Assembly: GCA_964517155.1 (NCBI GenBank)
Contig: CAZFAZ010000041.1
Span: 1 to 34,348 of the forward strand
DNA: 34,348 nucleotides
DNA from: an uncultured Thermoplasmatales archaeon
GTDB lineage: Archaea > Thermoplasmatota > E2 > DHVEG-1
Direction: 5' to 3'
Shown: positions 9,724 through 18,481 of the stretch, in pieces
How the letters are laid out: the number at the start of each line of letters is the position of its first letter
Position numbering within the stretch: the first letter of the stretch is position 1
Position numbers and translations under genes: made by a program
The notes under the pieces: generated by a model
Databases searched by the model: none
The model's input: only the letters and a program-made list of their open reading frames with translations
Told to the model about the DNA's origin: nothing

Positions 9724-10541
9724 TAAAAATCGCACTAGATTATAACGAGGTTTCAATCATAATTAAGGATTTTATCAAAACATACGTTGAACGCTCAGGT
9801 TGCAAAGGAGTAGTAATTGGTCTTTCAGGAGGTGTTGATTCAGCAGTAGCTGCAATTCTTTGTAAACAAGCGCTTGGTAAAAAAAAGACACGTTGCCTTT
9901 TTATGCCAGATGATATAACACCTGAATCTGATATAAAACATCAGAAAAGTATTGCTCAAAAATTTGATTTATTATGTGAAACAAAAGATATCTCAAAACT
10001 AGTGAAAAATATGGCAAATACTTGCTTTGTTAAACCTGATAAACTGGCACTTGCAAATATGAAAGCTCGCATTCGTATGACTCTTTTATTTGAATATGCA
10101 AATATGGTCGGTTCACTTGTTTGTGGTACTAGTAATAAATCTGAACTGCTTCTTGGTTATTTTACAAAATACGGCGATGGCGGTGCAGATATAATGCCAT
10201 TGGGAGATTTATATAAAACCCAGATTTATGAGCTTGCAAAATTTTTAAAAATTCCAAAAGAAATTATTTGTAAGGCGCCAACTGCAGGTTTAATTAAAGG
10301 TCAAACAGATGAAAAAGAACTAGGCTTTACATATGAAACTCTTGATAAAATTCTTATGGGCTTAGAACGCAAACAAGAAATTTCTGATATTGCAAAAAAT
10401 ACTGGTCTTAAAAATTTTGATCTTGAAAAAATCAAAAATATGCGAGTTAAAAGTGAGCATAAAAGACACAATCCTTTAATTCCAAAGATTGGTCTGAGGA
10501 CGCCTGGATTTGATTGGCGCTCAAGTGTTCAAATAGATTAA
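9720..10541 (+). CDS. nadE: NH3-dependent NAD+ synthetase
   Basis: GLSGGVDS, NMKARIRM, GTSNKSE, GYFTKYGDG, PLGDLYKTQ and PTAGL..GQTDE. GTGA overlap with fumB. Confidence 0.95.
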   Translation: MIKIALDYNEVSIIIKDFIKTYVERSGCKGVVIGLSGGVDSAVAAILCKQALGKKKTRCLFMPDDITPESDIKHQKSIAQKFDLLCETKDISKLVKNMANTCFVKPDKLALANMKARIRMTLLFEYANMVGSLVCGTSNKSELLLGYFTKYGDGGADIMPLGDLYKTQIYELAKFLKIPKEIICKAPTAGLIKGQTDEKELGFTYETLDKILMGLERKQEISDIAKNTGLKNFDLEKIKNMRVKSEHKRHNPLIPKIGLRTPGFDWRSSVQID

Positions 10542-10597
10542 GATTAATTTTATCCTTTTAGGAAATATTTTATATAATGCATTTTTTATTATAAACT

Positions 10598-11341
10598 GTG
10601 AATAGAAAAATAAGTATTATATTTATCTTGATTTTATTTGTAACTCCCACGTTATCCTTAAATTCGATAAATGTATCTTCTGTTTCTTGTGATAAAAAAG
10701 TTACTGTAACTGTGAATAAATTTGATTTTTTTGAAAAAAAATATTTTGATAATGTTATACAGGAAATTGATATTGACAAAGCAGAAACTATCAAAAAACA
10801 ATTTTTAGAAATTGAAAACAATTTTTCAGGTTTTGAAAAAATTCAAAAACAAATTAATTTGTTGAATAGTTTTGATGTTTTCATTGATAATTTTTTCATG
10901 GATCATCTCTCTACTTTGATAGATAGAATTAAGAATTTTGATTCAGGAAATTTTATTTTTAAAAGACTGAATAATATATTTTCGGGTCCAATGATTATTT
11001 CTCATTTTAAAATTGGCGGTCGTATACAGGGTATATCCCCTTTAAAACCGTTTTTTTACAAAAATTTTAATTTTTCTGGTTTTTTAAGTAACAACTATTT
11101 TGATGGAGTTATTGGTTTTTTACCAGTTTTTATTGGTTATAGTTTTTCTCCTGTGTATATCTCTATTTTTAGTGGAGATGTAGCAAATAGTTACAAAAAT
11201 ATTTATTCACCTTTTTTTGAGTTTTTGTTTTTATGTGCTGGTACAAGTATTGCTTTTGTTTTAAATTCAAATAATTTTGTTTTGTTTGAGTTTAATCTAG
11301 ATATATGTTTCAAAGGTTTTATCACTGGTTTTTCTTACTAA
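10598..11341 (+). CDS. Hypothetical exported, Phe-rich protein
   Basis: 247-aa ORF with an N-terminal signal-peptide-like segment (MNRKISIIFILILFVTPTLS). No family recognised. Confidence 0.55.
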   Translation: MNRKISIIFILILFVTPTLSLNSINVSSVSCDKKVTVTVNKFDFFEKKYFDNVIQEIDIDKAETIKKQFLEIENNFSGFEKIQKQINLLNSFDVFIDNFFMDHLSTLIDRIKNFDSGNFIFKRLNNIFSGPMIISHFKIGGRIQGISPLKPFFYKNFNFSGFLSNNYFDGVIGFLPVFIGYSFSPVYISIFSGDVANSYKNIYSPFFEFLFLCAGTSIAFVLNSNNFVLFEFNLDICFKGFITGFSY

Positions 11342-11411
11342 TATATATTTATATAGCTCTTTTTAGAATTATTAAAATATATCCTAATCTACAAAATCTA
11401 AAAAAAGAAGA

Positions 11412-12299
11412 TTAGAAATCAAATTTCTTTCCAGTAATCTTTTCATATGCTTCCTGATATTTACGTTGAGTCTCAGCAATTACTTCATCAGGTAAATGCG
11501 GTGGATTACTATTTTTATCCCAATCAGTACTGCTCAAATAATCACGAACATATTGTTTATCAAAACTAGGCTGATTCTTACCAGGCTTGTATAAATCTGC
11601 AGGCCAAAAACGAGAACTATCTGGAGTAAGAACCTCGTCGACAACAATTATTTTATCACCAATTTTACCAAACTCAAACTTGGTATCTGCAATAATTATA
11701 CCTTTTTTACGAGCAAACTCTGCACCTTTATTGTACATTTTAAGAGACAATTCTTTAAGTTTTTCAGCATCTTTTTCACCAATAAGTTTTTTCATTTCAT
11801 CAAAAGAAATATTTATATCATGACCAGAATCAGCTTTTGTACTAGGAGTAAAAAGTGGCTCATCAAATTTATCTGATTCTTTTAAACCTGAACGTAACTT
11901 AATGCCACAAACAGTTCCGTCTTTCTGATAACTCGTCCAAGCAGAACCAGAAATATAACCACGAACAATACATTCAACAGGGAAAACATTTGCTTTTTTA
12001 ACAATCATACTTCTACCTTTAAGTTCATCAGCGTGGTGTTTGAGCTCTTCAGGAAAATCAGAAACATCTGTACTAATCATGTGACTTTCAACAGTATCTT
12101 TAAAAAAATCAAACCAAAATTTAGAAATCTGCGTAAGACAAATACCTTTTTTTGGAATAGCTTCATGAAGCACAAAATCAAAGGCACTAATTCTATCTGT
12201 AACAATTAAAAGTAGCTTATCATTTAAATCATAAGCATCACGAACTTTTCCTTTTTTAAAAGCCTTTAAAGGTAAATCAGTTTCAGTTACAACAACCAT
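11412..12299 (-). CDS. purC: SAICAR synthase (phosphoribosylaminoimidazolesuccinocarboxamide synthase)
   Basis: GKVRD, TDRISAFD, PVECIVRGY, FTPSTKA, IADTKFEFG, DEVLTPDSSRFW and SFDKQYVRD. Confidence 0.96.
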   Translation of the reverse strand: MVVVTETDLPLKAFKKGKVRDAYDLNDKLLLIVTDRISAFDFVLHEAIPKKGICLTQISKFWFDFFKDTVESHMISTDVSDFPEELKHHADELKGRSMIVKKANVFPVECIVRGYISGSAWTSYQKDGTVCGIKLRSGLKESDKFDEPLFTPSTKADSGHDINISFDEMKKLIGEKDAEKLKELSLKMYNKGAEFARKKGIIIADTKFEFGKIGDKIIVVDEVLTPDSSRFWPADLYKPGKNQPSFDKQYVRDYLSSTDWDKNSNPPHLPDEVIAETQRKYQEAYEKITGKKFDF

Positions 12300-12319
12300 A
12301 TTTTTTCCTCCCTTTTAAA

Positions 12320-14458
12320 CTATAATATTTTTGCACCTTTCTCAACAGTTTTATCAGATGTTAACTCTGTTTTTTCAGCACGCAATACTTTATTATTATA
12401 AGTAACTTTTCCATGGCCATCAATTATGAGGTTAATTTTTTTGAAATCATCAAACTCTAAAACACTTGCAGGTTTTTTGACAATTCCTTCAATTAATACT
12501 TCTGAACCAGGTTGTGAATCACCGGGGTTAAGCAATGCTACAACGCCTTTATTGTCTTCTGCGGCAAGAAGCATGCCACTGGATGTAACACCACGAATAT
12601 TTGCAGGCTTTAGATTTGCAACAATGACAATATACTTGCCCGTGATTTCCTCAGGCGTGTAATACGGTTTCATACCTGCAACAATTACTCTTTTACCCAT
12701 TTTACCCATGTCAAGATGCAACATATAAAGTTTATCGGCTTGAGGATGATCTTTCACACCGATTACTTTAGCGACACGCAAATCAACTTTTGAGAAAGGG
12801 TCATCCTCTTCAACGATTATATCTTTTAAATCAAGTTTTTTAAACAAAGGCTGAGGTCTTTCAAGTTTAAAACCAGTTTTTAAATCATCAAATGCAACTT
12901 CCCAAGATTTATCATGAATAGACTCTTTTTCACCTAATAAATTCCATATTTTATCAGATGAAAAAGGCAAATAAGCTGCCGTAAAAACAGATAAAGCTTT
13001 TACGATTTTAAGACAAATATGCAAAACACTGCCACAGGCTTCTTTATCAGTTTTAACTAATGCCCATGGTTGTTTTTTATCAAAATAAAAATTACCAAAC
13101 TGTGCAAGAGTCATTGCTGCACGAAGGCCTTTTTTAAACTCACATTTATCAAGAGATTCAGATACTTCTTTTGATGTTTCTTTTATTTTTTCTAAAGCTT
13201 CTTTATCAAGTTTATCAAGAGTGCCAAGTTTAGGAATATGGCCAAAGTTTTTCTCTGTAAATGTTACAACTCTATGAACAAAATTGCCATATGCTCCAAC
13301 AAGCTCATCATTGTTTTTTGCAACAAAATCATCCCAGAGCCAATCAGTGTCTTTGTTTTCCGGCATGTTAATAGACAGATAATATCTAACCGCGTCAACA
13401 TCAAAATTTTTGATAATATCAGGAACCCATATAGCAATACCACGGCTTTTAGAAAACTGCTCGCCTTTAAGTCTTAAATATTCATTTGCAGGAATATCAT
13501 ATGCAAGATTTAATTTTTCATCATATCCCATAATAATAGACGGCCAGATAAGAGTGTGAAAAGGAATATTATCTTTTGCTAAAAAATAATAATGTAAAGC
13601 TTTAGAATCTCTCCACCATTCTTCCCATTTATCAGGTTTGCCTTTCTTTTGTGCCCATTCTTTACTTGCTGATAGATACCCGATTACTGCATCAAACCAG
13701 ACGTAAATACGTTTATCTTCAAAACCTTTTATAGGGACTTTTATTCCCCATTGCATATCACGAGTGATTGCTCTGTCCAGAAGACCGCTTTTAAGCCAGT
13801 TCTTTGTAAATTTTAAAACACTGGATTTCCAATATTTTTTATCTTTCATCCAGGCAATAAGTCTATCTTCAAATTTAGAAAGAGCAAAAAATAAATGATC
13901 ACTAGTTTTAATCTCAGGAGTTCCACCGCAGATTTTACATTTAACGTTTACTAAATCCTGTGGGTCAAGAAGTCTTCCGCATTCATCACACTGATCTCCG
14001 CGAGCGTTTTGACTGCCGCAGTTTGGACAACTGCCTTCGATATATCTATCTGGTAAAAATTTGTTACAATTATTACAATAAAAAGCTTCAACGCTCTTTT
14101 TATAAATATATCCTTTTTTGTATAAAGTTAAGAATATATCTTGAACGACTTTTTCATGATTTTTTGTAGTAGTTCTTGTAAAAAGGTCAAAAGAAATACC
14201 CATTTGTTTCATGTTATCGGTATGTTCTTTGTTGTACCTGTCAACTATCGCCTGCGGCGTTGTTTTTTCTTTATCTGCAGTAATAGTAATTGGTGTTCCA
14301 TGCTCATCACTTCCAGATACCATTAAAACATCTTTTCCTTTCATTCGACAGTATCTTGCAAATATATCTGCGGGTAAATAGCAACCTGCAATATGTCCTA
14401 GATGAAGTGAGCCGTTGGCATAAGGCCATGCAACACCGATATAGATTTTTTCCTTCAT
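12320..14458 (-). CDS. metG: Methionyl-tRNA synthetase with C-terminal tRNA-binding domain
   Basis: PYANGSLHLGH, SGSDEHGTPI, four CxxC knuckles, YVWFDA, KDNIPFH, QFSKSRG, and C-terminal DLRV..HPQADKLY..NLKPA.IRG..S.GMLLA. Confidence 0.97.
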   Translation of the reverse strand: MKEKIYIGVAWPYANGSLHLGHIAGCYLPADIFARYCRMKGKDVLMVSGSDEHGTPITITADKEKTTPQAIVDRYNKEHTDNMKQMGISFDLFTRTTTKNHEKVVQDIFLTLYKKGYIYKKSVEAFYCNNCNKFLPDRYIEGSCPNCGSQNARGDQCDECGRLLDPQDLVNVKCKICGGTPEIKTSDHLFFALSKFEDRLIAWMKDKKYWKSSVLKFTKNWLKSGLLDRAITRDMQWGIKVPIKGFEDKRIYVWFDAVIGYLSASKEWAQKKGKPDKWEEWWRDSKALHYYFLAKDNIPFHTLIWPSIIMGYDEKLNLAYDIPANEYLRLKGEQFSKSRGIAIWVPDIIKNFDVDAVRYYLSINMPENKDTDWLWDDFVAKNNDELVGAYGNFVHRVVTFTEKNFGHIPKLGTLDKLDKEALEKIKETSKEVSESLDKCEFKKGLRAAMTLAQFGNFYFDKKQPWALVKTDKEACGSVLHICLKIVKALSVFTAAYLPFSSDKIWNLLGEKESIHDKSWEVAFDDLKTGFKLERPQPLFKKLDLKDIIVEEDDPFSKVDLRVAKVIGVKDHPQADKLYMLHLDMGKMGKRVIVAGMKPYYTPEEITGKYIVIVANLKPANIRGVTSSGMLLAAEDNKGVVALLNPGDSQPGSEVLIEGIVKKPASVLEFDDFKKINLIIDGHGKVTYNNKVLRAEKTELTSDKTVEKGAKIL

Positions 14459-14543
14459 ATGAAACTCTCAATGCAGTATACAAGCACAACATTTAAATAT
14501 GGCGCACGACTAATAAATAAGTAATAGTAAAGTAAATATAATA

Positions 14544-14709
14544 GAAAAATAGCACCTTTAGTGGTGCATTAATCAATTGAGATTAATTCGTATTTAACCG
14601 CTTAACTAATAATTTCATAATCGAGATGATGCATAAGTAATAAATAATTAGGACGGGTAAAAGAATCCACCTATTATTTGCTAAAGAGCGGATAATGGTG
14701 CTATTTTTC
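14544..14709 (+). ncRNA. Candidate structured RNA or 5' leader upstream of dnaG
   Basis: A 13-bp perfect closing stem GAAAAATAGCACC(14544-14556)/GGTGCTATTTTTC(14697-14709) encloses several nested stems. TATA-like TAATAAAT at 14511-14518 would put the TSS near 14541-14544. Confidence 0.5.
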
Positions 14710-14739
14710 AGAAAGATAAAATAAAAAAGGTGATAATTA

Positions 14740-16077
14740 ATGGTAATTGATCCAGCAACAACGAAATATTTAATTAAGGCTCATATAAAGGCTGATGGAA
14801 TAATTGAAAAATCTGACGTGGTCGGAGCGATATTTGGTCAAACTGAAGGACTTCTTGGAGATGAATTAGATCTTAGAGAGCTTCAGCGTTCTGCTCGTGT
14901 TGGAAGAATTGAAGTAGAACTTGAATCAAAAAATGGTAAAAGCGAAGGAGAAATCACACTTCCAACTTCTCTTGATAAGGTTGAAACCGTAATTCTTGCA
15001 GCAGCTTTTGAAAGCATTGACCGTGTTGGTCCTTGTAAAGCAGCTATTAAAACAGAACGTGTGGAAGATGTAAGAGTCGTACGAAGAAAACAAGTAATAG
15101 ATCGTGCAAAACAATTATTAAACCAGGTAATTGAAGAAGGTAAAACTGAAGGAGAAAGCATTACCGATAATGTTCGCCAATCGGTTCAAATAGAAGAAAT
15201 TACACATTTTGGCCCTGATCATTGCCCAGCGGGTCCAAATATTGATAAAAGTGATGCAATAATAATTGTTGAAGGTCGCCGTGATGTTTTAAATCTTTTA
15301 AAATATGGTATCAAAAACGTAATTGCGGTTGGTGGAACAAACATTCCAAAAACTGTACTGGAGCTTACCAAAGAGCGAATCACTACTGCGTTTGTAGATG
15401 GAGATCGTGGCGGAGAATTAATTCTAAAAGAGCTTTTGCAGACTGCAGATATTGATTTTGTATCTCGTGCGCCACAAACACGTGAAGTAGAAGAAATTCC
15501 TCAAAAACTTATTATGAAGGCTTTGAAAAATAAGATACCTGCTGAGCAGTATGCTGAGATGTATGATATAAAAATTGAGAAAAAAGATAAAAGCGGTTTG
15601 GGTAATAGACCAGTGCAGCAATCAGCTCCTTCCAAAAAGGAAAAACAGCATGAAAAACATTCTAAAAATGAATCAAAAATAGAGAGTAACAGTCGCCAGG
15701 ATAAATCAGAAGAACAAGAAGAATTTGAAATTCAAGAAAAAGATGGAGAAAAATCTTTGGAATTAGAAACAGAGAAGATAGTTACAGATAAGCAAAAAAA
15801 TTATGGAAAAATTCTTGTTGAGATATCTGGCAGTTTAAAAGCAGTACTTTTTGATAAAAATGATAAAGAAATCAAGAAGATACCTGTACGTGAGCTTACT
15901 GATTCTTTAAAGAAAAGCAATAATATTTCAACTGTTGTTTTTGATGGTATTATAACTCAAAGGCTTTTAGATATTGCCAATAGTAAAAACGTAAAAGAAA
16001 TAGTCGGCATTAAACTTGGCAATGTTATTAAAATACCTAGTTCGGTCAAGGTTTTTACAAAAAAAGATCTTGATTAA
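14740..16077 (+). CDS. dnaG: Archaeal DnaG-type primase (exosome-associated)
   Basis: DVVGAIFGQTEGLLG.ELDLRELQ, TOPRIM IIVEGRRDV and AFVDGDRGGELI, C-terminal VVFDGIITQRLLD. SD AGGTGA at 14728-14733. Confidence 0.95.
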   Translation: MVIDPATTKYLIKAHIKADGIIEKSDVVGAIFGQTEGLLGDELDLRELQRSARVGRIEVELESKNGKSEGEITLPTSLDKVETVILAAAFESIDRVGPCKAAIKTERVEDVRVVRRKQVIDRAKQLLNQVIEEGKTEGESITDNVRQSVQIEEITHFGPDHCPAGPNIDKSDAIIIVEGRRDVLNLLKYGIKNVIAVGGTNIPKTVLELTKERITTAFVDGDRGGELILKELLQTADIDFVSRAPQTREVEEIPQKLIMKALKNKIPAEQYAEMYDIKIEKKDKSGLGNRPVQQSAPSKKEKQHEKHSKNESKIESNSRQDKSEEQEEFEIQEKDGEKSLELETEKIVTDKQKNYGKILVEISGSLKAVLFDKNDKEIKKIPVRELTDSLKKSNNISTVVFDGIITQRLLDIANSKNVKEIVGIKLGNVIKIPSSVKVFTKKDLD

Positions 16078-16080
16078 AAC

Positions 16081-16100
16081 TCTTTTATTTTTTTTATTTT
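16081..16100 (+). terminator. Oligo-T terminator after dnaG
   Basis: TCTTTTATTTTTTTTATTTT immediately after the stop. Confidence 0.5.
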
Positions 16101-16217
16101 ATATTATTTTGAGAACCCGTATCATTTCATTATATTTAAATTTTTGATGAAAAAACATAAAAAGCCTTACAGCTATTTAGTTGTCTAATTGTTTTGGGAA
16201 TTGAGGGACGATATAAC

Positions 16218-16538
16218 ATGCAGAAAGATGAATTAATACAGCTACATACCTTTTTATTACAATTAAAGACACATTTGGAGGATATGGTCGAAAATAACGG
16301 TGGTGCAGATTTCATACCTTACAAAAAACTTGATGTAACTCCTTATCAGGTCTATAAGTCAAAACGTGAGCATAAACTTGCAGTATTTACTTTAAGTCGA
16401 GGTATTGCGACTTTAATGTCTAATAATAATTGTCCAGGTCTTGAAAAAGTTTCAAATAGACTTGATCAAATGGCTGAGCGTTTCATGACTGATAAAGAAA
16501 AGGAACTTCTTCGTGCTGTTGAGTCGTTAAAGATTTAG
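16218..16538 (+). CDS. UPF0058 family protein
   Basis: MQKDELIQLH...Y..L.VTP.QVYKSKREHKLAVF fits the archaeal UPF0058 pattern. SD GAGGG precedes ATG 16218. Confidence 0.75.
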   Translation: MQKDELIQLHTFLLQLKTHLEDMVENNGGADFIPYKKLDVTPYQVYKSKREHKLAVFTLSRGIATLMSNNNCPGLEKVSNRLDQMAERFMTDKEKELLRAVESLKI

Positions 16539-16964
16539 TTGCATTGTGTATGCGCTTTTGCCGTCTTGATAAAATTCTTTTATTTTTATTATTTTTTTAA
16601 ATCCATGTTTCTCATAAAAATTTATTGCTTTTTTGTTGTCTGCTCTTACTTCTAATTCTATTGTATCTATATTTTCTTTTTGGGTTCTTTTTATGAATTC
16701 TTCTAATATTTTTGTTCCAATTTTTTGTTTTTGATGTGTTGGTGAGACTGATAGCATTAGTATTTTTGTTTTTTGATTGTTTATTTTTATTCCTGTCAAA
16801 AATCCTATTATTTTGTGATTTAAGGTTGCAACTATAAAACCTTCAGGGTTTGTTTCATAAAAGTATGTAAATAAATTTGGGCTGTATCTTTCTGTTAGAG
16901 TTTGGCTTGCAAGTTTTATTACGCTGAATGTATCTTTTGGCTCAAAGGTTCTTATTTCTATCAA
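16527..16964 (-). CDS. RimI/Ard1-like GNAT N-acetyltransferase
   Basis: ILMLSVSPTHQKQKIGT (acetyl-CoA loop), LEVRADNKKAINFYEKHGF and FYQDGKSAYTM. TTG start; 3' end overlaps the UPF0058 gene by 12 nt. Confidence 0.88.
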   Translation of the reverse strand: MIEIRTFEPKDTFSVIKLASQTLTERYSPNLFTYFYETNPEGFIVATLNHKIIGFLTGIKINNQKTKILMLSVSPTHQKQKIGTKILEEFIKRTQKENIDTIELEVRADNKKAINFYEKHGFKKIIKIKEFYQDGKSAYTMQLNL

Positions 16965-17028
16965 TACTTTTTGTTATATTTTTCTGGTTTTTTAATTGTA
17001 TTGTTTATTTTTTCCGATAGTTTTATAA

Positions 17029-17850
17029 ATGATTGATATTTTTCCATTAATGATTAATATGACTATTGAAGTATTTCTTATAGGGGGAGAAAAAACAATA
17101 AATCTCAAAAAAGCAATAGCAAGAATACTTTACAGCAAAAAAATAGAACAATCAAAGATATCAGAAATCCTTAATCTTTCGCAACCAATGGTTAGCAACT
17201 ACTGCAGCACAAATGAGAAAGTACCACAAAATACAATGAAAATTGCACAAGAGATAACAGAAAAAATAATTAAAGGAAATAAAATAAATTTTCAAACCTG
17301 CATAACATTTTCAGAGAAAGACATACAAGGTAATTTTTTTATTGCAGATAAAAATGAAATTCTTACTGATGAAAACAGCAAAATAATTGATAATCTAAAA
17401 CAAGCATTTTACAACTTAAAAGAAAAAGACATTAAAAAATTCATACCCGCAGTTAAAATAAATATTGCAATGAGTAAAAAAAATGCTAAAAAATCGGATG
17501 ATGTCGCAAGTTTTCTAAATGGTCTTATAATTTCTGAAGATAAAATCACAGGATATAATAGCATCAGATTTGGTAAAAGCAAACATTTGTCTTCCATTAT
17601 TATAAAACTTGGTAAAAAATTAGATTCAAATGCAATTATGAATATTGCATACACAGAAGAAATAGAAAAAACAAAATTTAAAACAGGATTTCTAACAAAA
17701 GATTTTAAATTAAAAGAATCTGGTAAAAATTTTGATATACTTATTCACAAAGGAGATTTTGGAATAGAGCCATGTGCATATATTTTAGGTAAAGATGCAG
17801 TGGATGTAACAGATAAACTTTTAAAAATCGTTAAAGAGGCAAAAATATGA
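17029..17850 (+). CDS. thiR: ThiR-like regulator: N-terminal HTH plus ThiN (thiamine-phosphate synthase-like) sensor domain
   Basis: HTH QSKISEILNLSQPMVSNY; ThiN-like IPAVKINIA, DDVA, FGKSKHLS, AIMNIAY and DILIHKGDFGIEPCAYILG. The true start is probably downstream (17050, 17059 or 17098). Confidence 0.75.
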   Translation: MIDIFPLMINMTIEVFLIGGEKTINLKKAIARILYSKKIEQSKISEILNLSQPMVSNYCSTNEKVPQNTMKIAQEITEKIIKGNKINFQTCITFSEKDIQGNFFIADKNEILTDENSKIIDNLKQAFYNLKEKDIKKFIPAVKINIAMSKKNAKKSDDVASFLNGLIISEDKITGYNSIRFGKSKHLSSIIIKLGKKLDSNAIMNIAYTEEIEKTKFKTGFLTKDFKLKESGKNFDILIHKGDFGIEPCAYILGKDAVDVTDKLLKIVKEAKI

Positions 17851-18479
17851 AAAATAAAATTGCAATTATTGCAAACGGAACAATAAAAAATTATAATTTT
17901 CATAAAAAAATCCTTAAAGATTTTGATATAATAATATGTGCTGATGGTGGAGCAAATATTGCCAAAGAACTGGATATTACTCCTAATTATATAATAGGTG
18001 ATTTTGACTCTATAAAAATATCAGTTTTTAATCATTTTAAAAAAATCAATAAAACAAAATTTATCAAAGACACAGATGAAGAAAAAACAGATTTAGAGCT
18101 TGCAATAAGTCTTGCAGAAACATTTAATCCATCAGAGCTGAAAATCTTTGGAGCAATAGGTGATAGAATTGATCATACTCTTGCAAATATCTACTGCTTA
18201 GATAAGATTTCAAAAGATATTTCTGCAGAGATAATTGATGATAAAAACACGATTCAACTTATAAAGAAAGCAACCGCGATTAAAGGTGAAAAAAATGATA
18301 TAGTCTCAGTCTTACCATTATCTGATGTTTCTAATCTAAACTATCTAGGTTTTAAATGGAATATTAAAAATCTTGATACAAAAGCTGGCTGGTTTGGTAT
18401 ATCAAACAAAATGCTTGGAGATAACGCAAGCATTAATCTTTCAGATGGAAAAATACTTATTGTGAAAGTAAGGAGATAA
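17847..18479 (+). CDS. Thiamine pyrophosphokinase (thiamine diphosphokinase)
   Basis: IICADGGAN, IIGDFDS, KTDLELA, GAIGDRIDHTLAN and GISN. ATGA overlap with thiR. Confidence 0.93.
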   Translation: MKNKIAIIANGTIKNYNFHKKILKDFDIIICADGGANIAKELDITPNYIIGDFDSIKISVFNHFKKINKTKFIKDTDEEKTDLELAISLAETFNPSELKIFGAIGDRIDHTLANIYCLDKISKDISAEIIDDKNTIQLIKKATAIKGEKNDIVSVLPLSDVSNLNYLGFKWNIKNLDTKAGWFGISNKMLGDNASINLSDGKILIVKVRR

Positions 18480-18481
18480 AA

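Noticed and set aside
14544..14709. MITE bounded by 13-bp terminal inverted repeats
   Set aside because: No target-site duplication or second copy is visible, and nested stems with strand-specific G-U pairs fit a structured RNA better. Not fully excluded without a genome-wide search.
17046..17075. Possible ThiR operator (ATTAATGATTAAT; AATATGACTATTGAAGTATT)
   Set aside because: Symmetry is weak (12 of 20 positions) or purely A/T; cannot be supported without comparative data.
17083..17100. ATA start for thiR after SD-like GGGGGAG
   Set aside because: In-frame ATGs at 17050 and 17059 near the predicted TSS give a conventional leaderless start, so the evidence is ambiguous.
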